Positions 53,106-64,000 of a stretch of DNA of 64,000 bases are shown piece after piece (position 1 is the stretch's first letter; each line of letters begins with the position of its first letter). Position numbers and translations under genes: made by a program. The notes under the pieces are model-generated. The model worked only from the letters and a program-made list of their open reading frames with translations. It was not told where the DNA came from and did not search any database. Source of the stretch: Lama guanicoe (lineage: Eukaryota); NCBI GenBank assembly GCA_013239625.1, contig MU053156.1, positions 436,467-500,466 on the forward strand, read 5' to 3'.

Positions 53106-54614
53106 CGGCCACGTGTTTGGGCTTGGTTTTTCTGGATAGACACTTACTAGAGGAGGTCAGAGTGTGAGCAGGACAAGCTGTGAGTCTGGCAGTGCACTGG
53201 GGAGTGACGGCAGCACAAGCTTTATTGCTCTTCCTCCAGTTACACGGAAAGCCGTAGGTTGGAAGTCAGTTGTACTGTTTAAGTCTAAAGAATAAAATGC
53301 CCATCAGTAGACAGCGGCCTGTAGGAACAATCACACTTCATCTACAAAATGCTCTATCAGGCCGCTGATTGAAATCCAAAATGATTAGATGTAAAGGGAA
53401 ATTTCAGTTGGTGTAGAAAGCACAGAATGAGAAAAGTAGAGCCAGTAATTTTGTGTGGTCAGTGGAAGCTTTTAGCCATGAAAACTACTAAGCCAGAACT
53501 CCATCTGCAGTTGTGAATTTTGTGTTCTCCTGAGGCTTGTCGTGATGTAGAACAAGTTCCCAGAGGAACTGTAATGACTCAGACACGTACTGTTTATGAC
53601 TTCTTTCTGTTAGATGATGGTGAGCGCAAGTGAGGGGAACTTCAGAGGCTCACAGACTGAAGTATTGTTATAGGACCCTTGTGTGTGGTCAGTGTGGTGG
53701 TGGTAGGTGGTGTGTGCACACACTTTATCTTTTTTCTGATCAGAGGTAGAAGGTCGTTTTAGGATCTGTGTGCGTTTGCCTGGAGTTGGGGTTCCTGGGG
53801 CCAGCTGGCAGGGCAGGGCTGGGGCCCACAGCCTGGATTAGTGTGAGGCCCTCTCACTGGACTCCAGCAGCCACCCCGGGCACCTCATCCCTTCCTCACT
53901 GTCAGCACTTGGCCACTTCACGGGGACAGAAATGAGGGTCTCTTTGACTGGCAGGCCCCGCGTGCTCAGTATTTCTAGATTGAGTGAACACCCCCCCATA
54001 TCTAGACACCAGATCTTCCCACCGCCCCAGAAGGGTTTCTCAGGCCCCCTCGCAGCCAGTACTGCCCCAAAGCACAATTTTGCTTCTGCCCCACCCTGGT
54101 AGTTTCTGCCTCCTTGGACCTGGGTGTATGTGAATCATCCAAGTGCAGTGTAGGGGGTGACAATATATAATTATAATCTATAGTTATATATATTTTTGAC
54201 GAAAATAATAGGGCTTATTTATATGCATGTATCGTATGTACTTAAAATTAATGTCATCTACACGTGTACTACAGGTAAGGACGGCCATATGGGTGTGGTG
54301 ATACGATTAAGATGGTGTGCTGTTAAGATCTCCTCCGTCTTGTGGACGTTCTGTGTGCCTTTTGCATGCAGTGCTGAGCGAGGGGGAGTGAAGACCTCCC
54401 ACTCTGCTTGTGCAGTTGGTTCCTCTTGGTTCTGTCATTCTTTACCTCACGTTTTTCAGCTACTGCCGAAGGGAGACCCTGGGAATCTGGAGGAAGTGAA
54501 GGGAGCACCCAGCAGCAGGGGGTGGGGGACCTGGATTGGGCAGGACCAGAAAGCATAAGGTCGGAAAAGTTTGCAGAGAGGACTCAGGGTTGGATGGCAG
54601 TTGGTGGGGGATCA

Positions 54615-54740
54615 GGTAGTGGGGCGCATTCTAAAAGTGAGGTCGCCCGGAATGTCCACTGTGAGGATGAGGGGCAAAGGCAGGTGATTGGTCGAGAGAG
54701 GGCATAAAGCATCGGGCGTTGCTAAGGCAGCGTTCAGACA
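54615..54740 (+). promoter_or_regulatory. Putative Pol II promoter of the MIA3-like gene
   Basis: Local CpG enrichment; CCGGAA (54647), ATTGG (inverted CCAAT, 54687), CATAAA (54703) and X-box-like GTTGCTAAGGCAGC (54718-54731), about 260 bp upstream of a Kozak-context ATG. Confidence 0.5.
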
Positions 54741-54989
54741 GGAGAAGGCTTGGAGGGAGGCGTCTTGTCCCCTTCAACTGCTCCTGAGAGTCCGCTTGAC
54801 CTGCCGTTTGTTTTCCTGACCTGCTGACCTGCGCCCCTGACTGAACCCTCCTTCTTCCCCTCAAGAGCTTGATTGACCCTCATCCTTTCTGTGACCCCCC
54901 TTCCCCTCTCAAGTCCCCAGCCCCTCTTCCTGTCGCACTCCCTCCCCAATCCCATCCCCAACCCCTGCCCCCTCCAAAAGGACCAGGAC

Positions 54990-55055
54990 ATGGAGGTGAT
55001 GAGACTGCTGTTCTGGCCCCACGTGCTGGAGTGTATTGGATACGATAATCTGTCT
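54990..55055 (+). CDS. Putative first coding exon (22 aa) of the MIA3-like gene
   Basis: GACATGG Kozak context, 66 nt open, phase-0 donor TCT|GTGAGT compatible with the phase-0 acceptor at 58909; not recognisably MIA3. Confidence 0.55.
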
Positions 55056-58000
55056 GTGAGTAAACATCGGGCATCAGGCGTCCTCCTTTTTCCTGGGCTC
55101 TTTCACACTGTGGTTAAATCCCTGCTTTCTCACGGGGTCCTTGATGGGAACGCATCGTTGGTACAGACCGAGGCCCTCAGGGCAGGTTTCTTGACCAGCC
55201 TGGAGCGGCCCTGGCCACTGGTGTCCTCATCAAGATCTGGGTCCTGTCATGACCGCTTGGACCAAACACAGCAGGGTTGACAGGATGAAACCTGAAATGG
55301 TTATTTTACTGCATCAAAGAAGGAAGTGTGAATGTACTAAAAGCCATTGAGTTGTATGCCTAAAATGGGGGAATGTGTGAATTGTATCTCAATAAAGCTG
55401 TTTTTTAAAAAGTGAGAAACTCTTACTCACTAGAAGTCATAGTGAAACTGGCTCCTGGAAAGCTTGTCAGAATCCTACTTCAGGCTGTGCACGTTCGAGT
55501 CCAGTCCCCGTGCAGTGTGCTCTCCTGTGAGTGCGCCCTTCCTGGTGGTGACGTCTGGCAGTCCTGGGAGCAGTGGGGTCTCAGCACTGGGTTGGTGCTG
55601 GTCTGTTAAACAGTGAAGTATCATCTGTGCTCTGTGCTTTCTCGTTTAACTTAGAGCAACTTTTTTTTTTCTTTGAAGTGTATTCTTTTCAGAAATTTTA
55701 ATGTAACAAATATTCAATAGCCCTTTAATTTTAAAAATATTTTTATTGAAGTATAGTCAGTTTACAATGTTATGTCAACAGTTTACAACATTCTGTGTAC
55801 AACAGAATGCTTCAGTCATATAGGAACATACATATATTCATTTTCATATTCTTTTTTTATCAAATTACTACAAAATATTGAATATAGTTCCCTGTGTTGT
55901 ACAGTATAAGCTAGTTGTTCATATACTTTATATAGATTAGTATCTGCGAATTTCAAACTCCCAATTTTTCCCTTCCCACCCCTTTTCCCCCTTTGGTAAC
56001 CATAGTTTGTTTGTTTTCTATGTCTGTGAGTCTGTTTTTGTTTTGTAAGTCAGTTTGTTTGTGATTGTTTGTGTTTTTATATTCCACGTGTAAGTGGTAT
56101 GGTATTTGACATTTACTTTGTCTATTTCAGTTAGAATGACAATCTCCAGGTCCATCCATGTTGCTGCAAATGGCATAATTTTATTATTTTTTGTGGCTGA
56201 GTAGTATTCCATTACATGAATATACCACAGCTTCTCTACCCCATCATCTGTCGATGAACATTTGGGTTGTTTCCATGTCTTGGCTATTGTAAATGGTGCT
56301 GCTGTGAACATTGGGGTGCATATGTGTTTTTGAATTAAGGTTCCCTCTGGACATATGCCCAGGAGTGGGATTGCTGGGTCATTGGTAAGTCTGTTTTTAG
56401 TCTTTTGAGGAATCTCCATACTGTTTTCCACAGTGGCTGCACGAAACTGCATTCCCAGCAGCAGTGTAGGAGCGTCCCCTTTTCTCCACAGTCTCTCCAG
56501 CATTTCACGTTTGTGGACTTTTGAGTGATGGGCATCCTGACTGTTGTGAGGTGATACCTCATTGTAGTTTTGATTTGCATTTCTCTGATAATTAGTGATA
56601 TTGAGCATTTTTTCATGTGTCTATTGGCCATTTGTATGTCTTCACTGGAGAATTGCTTGTTTAGGTCTTTGGCCCATTTTTAGGTTGGGTTTTTTTTTCT
56701 TATTAAGTTGTATGAACTGTTTATATAGTCTTGGAATTAAGCCCTTGTCAGTCTCATCTTTTGCAAATATTTTATCCCATTTTGTAGGTTGTCTTTTTGT
56801 TTTGCTTATGGTTTCCTTTAGTTAGGTCCCATTTGTTTATTTTTGCTTTTATTTCTGTTGGACTGCTAGCAACTTCTGAGTCATCCCTTTCCTTCTCATC
56901 TTGGAGGCTGCCCCCAGGGACTCTGTGTCCAGCTAGGCAGACGGGAGCCCTGAGAGCCCAGCCGATGTGACATTGAGTGGCTGCAGCTTGCTGGGATGTT
57001 TATAATGGGGAAATGCCTAGGAGCGACATGACCAGGAGGTGGACAAGTTTTCATCTTTTCTTTAGTGAAGTGTCCACGTGCAGAGTGTTGATTTTACCGA
57101 AGCGGAAAGGGTCCTACGTGTCCTTAGAATTGTCCAAATATAAAGAAAATTCAGGTACATGCTGTGAAATTTTCACTCTCCCCCGAAAAAGCACCTCCAC
57201 ACCCCAAAAAAGACTTGAGAACACCCCATGGACTTAAGTGGGTTTGTTCTGATGGGCGTGCACCAGATTCTTAGGGATCTGGAAGAATCAAGTGTCAGGA
57301 ACACTTTGCACTGAGGCGGAATCATGCCACATGAACACTCCACCCAAAGAAGAGCCTGTTCTGTGTCCTCTGAGCCCGCGAAGGAGGGCGTTTCTAGGTC
57401 ATCTTTGTTGGGATTTCTTCCCTCAAAGGGAATGAGGCTGAGTTCTCACAGGTTAGTTAAGCCCTCTTTCCCACCACAGCTTTGAGCATTTGGATAAACT
57501 AACTTGTCCTCCTCCTCCGTTGCTCATGGCCGCTGACTGTCAGGACCTGAGTCCACCGGCCCTGCTGGGTAGAGTCTGGGTCGGAGGCAGCTACTGACGC
57601 CAGCGCTGAGTGCCGTGTGTGACAAGCATGCCCGCGACAGAGGGGGTTTTACCAGTTAGCAACTAGATGCTGTTTGTCTCTTTATGCCTTTGATCTGCGT
57701 GTCTTTCCTTTGTGCTGAGACCCACTGCTCTCTCAGACAGTGGCTACTCAAAGACAGTGCATGTTTCACACCACACATCTTACTGACCTCAACTGTGAGA
57801 GCAGCTGGCAATGACAATGTTACCGACTCCAGAGGCTGCTTTCTAGAGAGGTTTTATTTGCACAAAACGGAAGCTTGGTGTCTAGATTCATACAAATTAC
57901 ATTGTGCATTTATCCCCCTCCTACAGTACTTAGAAATCAGATTTTTACAAAACTATGTGTTTGCCTTTTGTTTTGGTGACCATACATTCCAGAAGTACAA

Positions 58001-61000
58001 ATTAATTTTCATGGTGGCTGTTAATGGATGTAGGTGCAGTACTGTGAAATATGCATGCGAATTCTTTCTGCTGATTATTTTGAATTCTGTTCTTATGCAA
58101 CTTCATTCTTATAATTTTAATCACATTATACAAGATTATCAATTATACAAATCCTTATTTATTTCAGAAGTCTGACGTTACGTGCTCTGGTTCAGAATCA
58201 AAGTGAACATTGAAATAAAACATGGCTTTTAGAAAGTTGGGCTAAAATAAATCATTAATTTTTGCTAGAATAGTAATTTTGGCATTATTACTAGAGCAAG
58301 TCTGCTTTCTCACTCATGTCCAATCTATAAACATACAAATAGATCTCTGTACATCTCTCTGTATTTTAACATATTTTCATTGCTATTTTTCTATACGCTT
58401 TGGGTGTATTTTTGGCGATATTTCATAGGGATTTATCCAGGTACTTTGTGAACATACAATAGAAGATGGAGGCCTCCCATGCCCTGTAGGTTTGTGTTTG
58501 CTGATTTTCAATTTCAAGTTGGCTTCTACATTCATAAGTTAAGTTCTGTTAACTATTTTTGAAATATTTGCAATGTGTGTCAGCAAAGTCATATCTCTAA
58601 CGTTTTGTAGATCAGGCTTTTTTCTCCAGCTTTAGTGTAGTGTATTTACATGTAATATCAGCACCAGTGAATACGGTTTGTTGATATTTGACATGTGTAC
58701 ACAGCAACGAAACTATCACCAAACAAAGGCAGCAAACATACCCACACTCCCAAGAGCATCCTCCTGCTCCTTTTGAACTCAAGTGTCCCTTCTGTCCTCT
58801 CTGAGGGGCTACTTGAGGGTGTGGTTGAGGGTTTCTCAAGATGATTCTCTGTGACAGATAGACTATGAATGTCTTTGAGGTTCCTCATTATCTCCAATAT
58901 TGTTTCAGGTCGTCCACACTCTGCCTGTCCTTTTCAATCCTGGGCCTGATGTTTATGGGATTCTGTGGAAGGTTATTGTTGTTACTGCCTTCTGGGGAGT
59001 TTTTGGTTTTCTCGTTTTCATCTGGAGGACCGTCCTCGCTGTGAGTATTACTAAAGTACCTGACAGTGTCCTTTTAATCACACCTAACAGGAAGTGTTAC
59101 AGTCACTGGACATTTTATTTGCCTGCCTGGGCCAGAATCCAGGAGTCCAACCCTCTTCTTTGTTTCCTTATAGATTGCTAACTTGAACAGAAATTAATTT
59201 TGAATGGAAATTTGTTGCAAAATGCTATCTTTATAGTAAGAACTCAGTGAGCAAGACAACAATATAAGAAGTAGTAATGAGAAAATGACAATTTATAAAC
59301 CCTTTTCTTCAGTAATGAAACAAACATACCAAGTATTTGGTGAGCCCGTCTCTCCCCAGCTGCCCCTGCCTGTGTGTTGGGTGACAAGGGACAGGGAGGC
59401 TCAGTGTTCCCTGAGTGACGTGTGACGTTAAGGGAACATGGCGATTTTGTTTGCCCCCCATGGATGCATTCTTCCATAACCACATTATTGCCACTGAATT
59501 TTCGACACGGTGATGATACTCCAGTATGTTGGCAAGGTTAGGGGCTGGCCGCAGTCTCTGATCATCACTTAGAGTTTTGAATGAAGAAATATGTTTTAAG
59601 GGTCAGGAAAATGTGTCTTTACATGGCGTCACAGTGGAGTCCTGCCTGGACCTTACTGAGCCGTACCTCCTCAGGTGATGACTCGTGTCTGAGTCAGGAA
59701 GCACTTGCGCTTCGTGGCGGTGGCCGCCGTCTGCCCTGCTGCTGCTTGTGCTTGTATTACAGCCGTTGCTCACGTTCATTCTCACCTGACGTCTCATTTG
59801 ATGTCCGTTTGTTTTTAGTGGTCTTGACAAATCTTACGATCTTGTATGTTACAATTGCTTATCGATTCAACAGTCAACTCTGTATACGATTTCAGGAAAG
59901 CTTTCATTGAATGAAGGGGTGTATCTTAGTGTAAAGACTTTGCCTTTATTTTTCTTGTAGTTTCTCCTCTCTCGAAGGTTATACAACAGTCCAGGTTCTG
60001 GACTTCAGTGTGGATATTTAGTTTGACAAAAGAAAAACAAATCAGATAAATGATGCGTTGGTGTATTTACAACAACATATTATGAAAATAAAATAGTTCA
60101 GTGTTATCAAACATAAATATGCATTATGAAAATTAGATTGTTTAATAAAATGTAAACAGATGTTTTGTTCTAGAATAAGATATTTACCATTGTGCTCTCT
60201 ATCAGAAATGGTGAGTGAAAGATCGTGCCTTAAGTAGGAAATGCTGATTTTTCCTGATTTTTAATCATATGAATCGTTACGCTGAAGAAAAATGATAATT
60301 GTAAATTCAATGGATTACTGTTTTGATAGTTTATTAGAAACTATGTATTTACAAATTATATATTTTGATATCAAATTCAATGTTTCTCCCTCTCCTAGGT
60401 AAAGCCTCCAATGTATCAAGGTAAGATACTAGGGTCTACTTTTCTTTGTAATGTTTTCTCAGTATCAGGATTTGATGTGGGTTTTAATTCAACTAAGAGT
60501 AAACACAATGACTTCTAATGTCAGACTTCTTAACTCTTGAAAATTTTACTCCTGGGGTGGTGTCTAAATGACACTTCAGAGGACGTTGGCATCTATTGAG
60601 ATAAGAGACCAGGAGGGTCTGAGGAGTAGGGAGACTAGGATGAGTTTAATTTTGCATAGAAACCTTTAGGAAGCAGGTGAAGAGAAGAGTCTAACGTTTG
60701 GAGTGAGCACCTGACCTGACCTGGTCCTTGGTGAAAAGGAAAGACGCTGAAACACTGCTTGAGCCTGTCAGGACTCTTCAGGCTGAGGGAAGGATGCAGA
60801 TTGCAGCCAGGCATGTGTGTCACAGCCAAGGGGAAACCACCGTAAAGCTAAAAGGTTCATTACACTCATACTGCCAGGCAGATACATCTCTGCTGCTAAT
60901 TGGGATAATTCAGTTGTACTGGATTTTCCTACCAGTATGAGAAATTGCTTTATCTCCTTTCAGTTACTTTAAAGCAGATAACTGAGAAGATCAAGACTGT

Positions 61001-63479
61001 TGAGAAAGAAAACAGAAAACTTGAGGAAAATCTATCAGCTTGGGAGCCGAAGGTATTATTGTCCTTTTGATATTTTTTGTGATTTCACCTTCAGTTCCTT
61101 GCCCCTCTGGTAGTTCAGTTCTTTGGCTCTCTTTTCTTTCGTCCTGCTGTCCTGTTCCGTATGTTCCATAAGGGGTCTAGATTCACAGCAAGTGTCCTAG
61201 ATAAAAAAACAGCACAGGGAGCTCTACTTGATGTCTCGCAGTAACCTATGATGAAAAAGAACGTGGAGACAAATAGAGGTACATACATGTGTGAGTGAAA
61301 CGTGATGCTGTGCGCCAGAAACTGACATATACTTCAGTAAAGAAGTAAATGAAGCAGGTGTCATATATGTACAGCACCACTTTCTGTATTAGTGGAAGGG
61401 GTCACACACAAGATAGGTTCGGCTAGCAGCGTAATTAGTATTTGTAATTCTGTTTCCTTTATTACATACTTGCACAGGCCAACGACACAAAGAAATGCAT
61501 GGAGGAGACCATTAGGCAAAAGATGCTCTCTGAGGAAGCACTGAAGTTTAAGGTACGAGCCTCTTCTTTTCCTGGATTACATTCTGAAAGCAGAAATGAA
61601 AATAATGAGTAACTGTTACTGATTCAATATGTTCTGTTGAAGGAGTACATGCCAACCATGGAGAGGGTTAATGAGAGTTTGAAAGGCTTCATTCAAAGTG
61701 CTCGAGCTAAGCTGCAGGCAGCACTGGAGCAGACCGCCCCGCGTCCGCGCTCGGTAAGCGCTTGGCTGCTGCACTGGCTGCGGCTGGGCTACAGAGGCTT
61801 TCCGTGCCCTGGGTGGGCTGCGCGCTCCCGCTCCTCCCACTTTTGGCCACGGCAGAGGGTGGGAGCCTGGGAGCAGAACCTCCCTGTGAACGACGACCCA
61901 GAATTTCACGGACTAAATGAACCTGCGTGACTTTTTAACTTCAGAGACTAGGAAATAGGTCTTACTTCCACAACCTGGGGAGTTTTCTCACCACTCACAC
62001 TGCCCTCCAAGATACATAGAAAATGCCAGGAGACACCTGAGAGACGAAGGAAGTTATCTAGCCGAGGTGCACAGCCCTTAGCCCTGTTTATGTTAAAGAG
62101 AGAATTTTCCGTGTGAATTTGGGAAAACTTTATATTCCACTAGGAACACTCATTTGTGAGCTCTTTGACATGAGCAGTTTCCCACCCTTGCTTTCCGCTT
62201 GTCGTCCAGCCATGTCTTCCGTTGTCCAGTGAGGAGGAAATCTGGAGGCTAGGGAATATCTGTGCCTGAATGTCTTTGTTCTACATGTCTTCGTGGGCTT
62301 GACATTTGTCCTGGGCCCAGCCTGGATCAGCCGCCATCACAGGAAACTTAGGGGTGGCTGTGGGTCCTGGCTGAGAAGGGGCAGGATTCCACATGGGTTG
62401 AAGAGAAGCAACTGCCCATCAGAACAAACCAAGACTTGCTGGAAGAGATTGACAGGCTGGCAGTGGAAGAGGACCAGCTGAAGAAGGAAATGCAAAGCAC
62501 GAAGGGTCAGAACGAGCTGCTGGGACTCCAGTGCTAGAACTTGAAGAGACCCTGTCTGCTGTGAACTCTCAAATGGAGCAGACACTGTCTTTGACCCCAC
62601 ACTGAGATTCATGCGAAGTCCCAGATGCTTTGAAGCATGTGTAACGGGACGTATGACACTTGCTTTCTGTTCTTTTTAAAATGTGTGTGTTCAGAATCAT
62701 TTCACTGCCTTCTAGAGAGACTGCTCACCAAAGTCTTGGGACGTGTACCAGAGCTAATATATTTATTTTCTATGGTTTGTTTTGCACTTAACACAATAAT
62801 TTGTTTTTGAAAAAAAAAAGTTACACCTTTAAGCAGATCACCCTGAGTTTTCATTGAAATCTAAGTTCATGCTTTCTTTGTGTCCTGTGTGAAGATACTG
62901 GAAAAAGGAACGTCTCCAGAGACCTTGAAAGACGCTATTTCAATAAACACTTCAGGAATTTCAGAGGGAAATGCCTCCAGTTGCAGCAGGATTTCCACTG
63001 TACACATGAGCTTTCACAAGGAACAACAATCTCATGTCTTAGAAGATTAAATGTTGATGTCTATTCAAGTTACTTTTCTTGGGATTTAGTCATCAATGGG
63101 AATGTTCTCTTTTGAAATTGCTCTTAATAAAGCTTGTGTCCACAAAGCCACAGTGATACCTGAAGAAGTGTGTGTGCAGGAGAATGTCCAGCTCAGCAGC
63201 AAGAAGAGGGTAAGAAACATTCCTCACCCCAGAGATGCTTACATCAGAGAGTTGAGCGTCACTGTGTTTGTGTCTGTGCTGTAACACATATAAAGCAGAT
63301 GACCCGTCTTAGCCGTTTCCAAGTGTACGATCCTCTCGTGTTACGTACATTCACGTTGCTGGGCATCAGTGCTTCCTGAACGTCTTTTCTCACATCTGTC
63401 TTGCAGGCAGGCACTTTGAAGACCAGATCTGAGGGTTCTATGCAGAGAGCCATGATGACTGAAGAATGCAACCTGGAAG
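54990..63479 (+). CDS. MIA3: Diverged intron-containing MIA3/TANGO1 paralogue (TM plus partial coiled coil). Exons 54990-55055, 58909-59040, 60399-60420, 60964-61052, 61478-61552, 61643-61753, 62895-62966 (reads through to TAA at 63048-63050); relic exons 63111-63209 and 63407-63479. Functional truncated gene or young pseudogene.
   Basis: Spliced frame: [189 protein letters not shown]. From the second exon on, this aligns with recalled TANGO1 [22 protein letters not shown]...WRTVLV|VKDRVYQ|VTEQQISEKLKT...; introns 1-6 are GT-AG. Confidence 0.8.
55730..56860 (-). mobile_element. LINE-1 3' portion (relatively young) in intron 1 of the MIA3-like gene
   Basis: ORFs 56335..56631 ([24 protein letters not shown]) and 56018..56608 ([20 protein letters not shown]...FAATWMDLE) are the L1 ORF2 C-terminus. 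Confidence 0.93.
58909..59040 (+). CDS. MIA3: MIA3-like transmembrane exon (132 nt)
   Basis: TTTCAG acceptor, GTGAGT donor; PGPDVYG.LWK..VTAF.G..F..F.WRTVL is the TANGO1/cTAGE membrane signature. Confidence 0.9.
61200..61345 (+). mobile_element. Short LINE-1 3' end fragment in an intron
   Basis: AGCACAGGGAGCT...GTAACCTATGATGAAAAAGAA...ATGCTGTGCGCCAGAAACTGACA..TATACTTCA. Confidence 0.65.
62367..62819 (+). pseudogene. JAKMIP1: 5'-truncated processed pseudogene of JAKMIP1 (short-isoform 3' end)
   Basis: [52 protein letters not shown], then after frameshifts [24 protein letters not shown]. This matches recalled JAKMIP1 ...[83 protein letters not shown] 3'UTR and an A10 tail (62810-62819) follow. 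Confidence 0.88.
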
Positions 63480-63512
63480 GTATGTTGCTTGTTGGGAAGA
63501 AAACCTCATATG

Positions 63513-64000
63513 CAGGCTTCCTGGGAGATGTTGTGGCTTCAGTCCTAGACCCCTAGAATAAAATAAATATCATAGTAAAGAGAGTGAAATGATTTTTAAT
63601 TTGGCTTTCCAGTGCATGTAACAGTTATGTTTACGCTACATTGCAGTCTATTAAGTGAGCAATAACCACTGTGTCTACAAACCCCAATGGTCATAATTTA
63701 ATGAAAATATACTTTCTTACTAAAAACTACTATCCACCACCGGAGCCTTCAGTGAGGTGTTGTCTTTTCATTGGTGGATGGTCTGGAATTGATGTTGGTG
63801 GCTGCTGACCCATCATTGTGGCAGTTGCTGAAGATTGATGTGGCTTTTGCAACTTAACGTAAGACCACAGTGAAGTTTGTCACAGGGCAACTCTCCCTTT
63901 CAGGAAGAAGTCCTCTGTAGTAGGCAATGCTGTTTGATAGATTTTACACACAGGAGAACATCTTTCCAAATTGGAGTCAGTCCTCTCAAACCCTGCGGTG
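63513..64000 (-). mobile_element. Tigger1 DNA transposon (3' end; runs off the window)
   Basis: CAGGC..CCT.GGAGAT.TTG.GG.TTCAGT.C.AGACC...AATAAA...TTTCCAGTGCATGTAA.AGTTATGTTTAC.CTA...AGTCTATTAAGTG matches the Tigger1 terminus. Confidence 0.85.

Noticed and set aside
58909..63479. CTAGE/MIA2 retrogene or the true MIA3 orthologue
   Set aside because: It has introns; WRTVL|VK..YQ|VT matches TANGO1 better than cTAGE5; it is far too diverged and lacks the luminal exons expected of the orthologue
1..64000. Prokaryotic systems (CRISPR array, operon, defence island)
   Set aside because: The sequence is mammalian, with spliceosomal introns, L1 and SINEs; no repeat-spacer array or dense ORF packing

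Overview
Mammalian nuclear DNA, probably camelid (inferred from Vic-1-like tRNA-derived SINEs). It is a draft assembly with four N-gaps. No prokaryotic features are present, and almost all tracked ORFs are spurious. Layout: (1) 1-27 kb is mostly non-coding, with a 1.87-kb direct duplication and an irregular four-copy near-identical tandem block; this is either an assembly artefact or collapsed paralogues. (2) 34.6-39.3 kb is a six-exon, intron-retaining COL12A1 fibronectin-type-III fragment with stops, frameshifts and broken splice donors, i.e. an unprocessed pseudogene. (3) 42.4-51.6 kb is a nest of LINE-1 pieces. (4) 51.6-53.1 kb is an old degraded mitochondrial insertion (ND3-tRNAArg-ND4L-ND4, minus strand). 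(5) 54.6-63.5 kb is a diverged, intron-containing paralogue of the transmembrane/coiled-coil half of MIA3 (TANGO1). It has an apparently new ATG-containing first exon behind a CCAAT/TATA-like/RFX X-box promoter and an open spliced frame of about 216 aa. One intron has lost both splice sites, and another holds a JAKMIP1 retrocopy. All homology calls are by eye against recalled human/mammalian protein sequences, not database searches.
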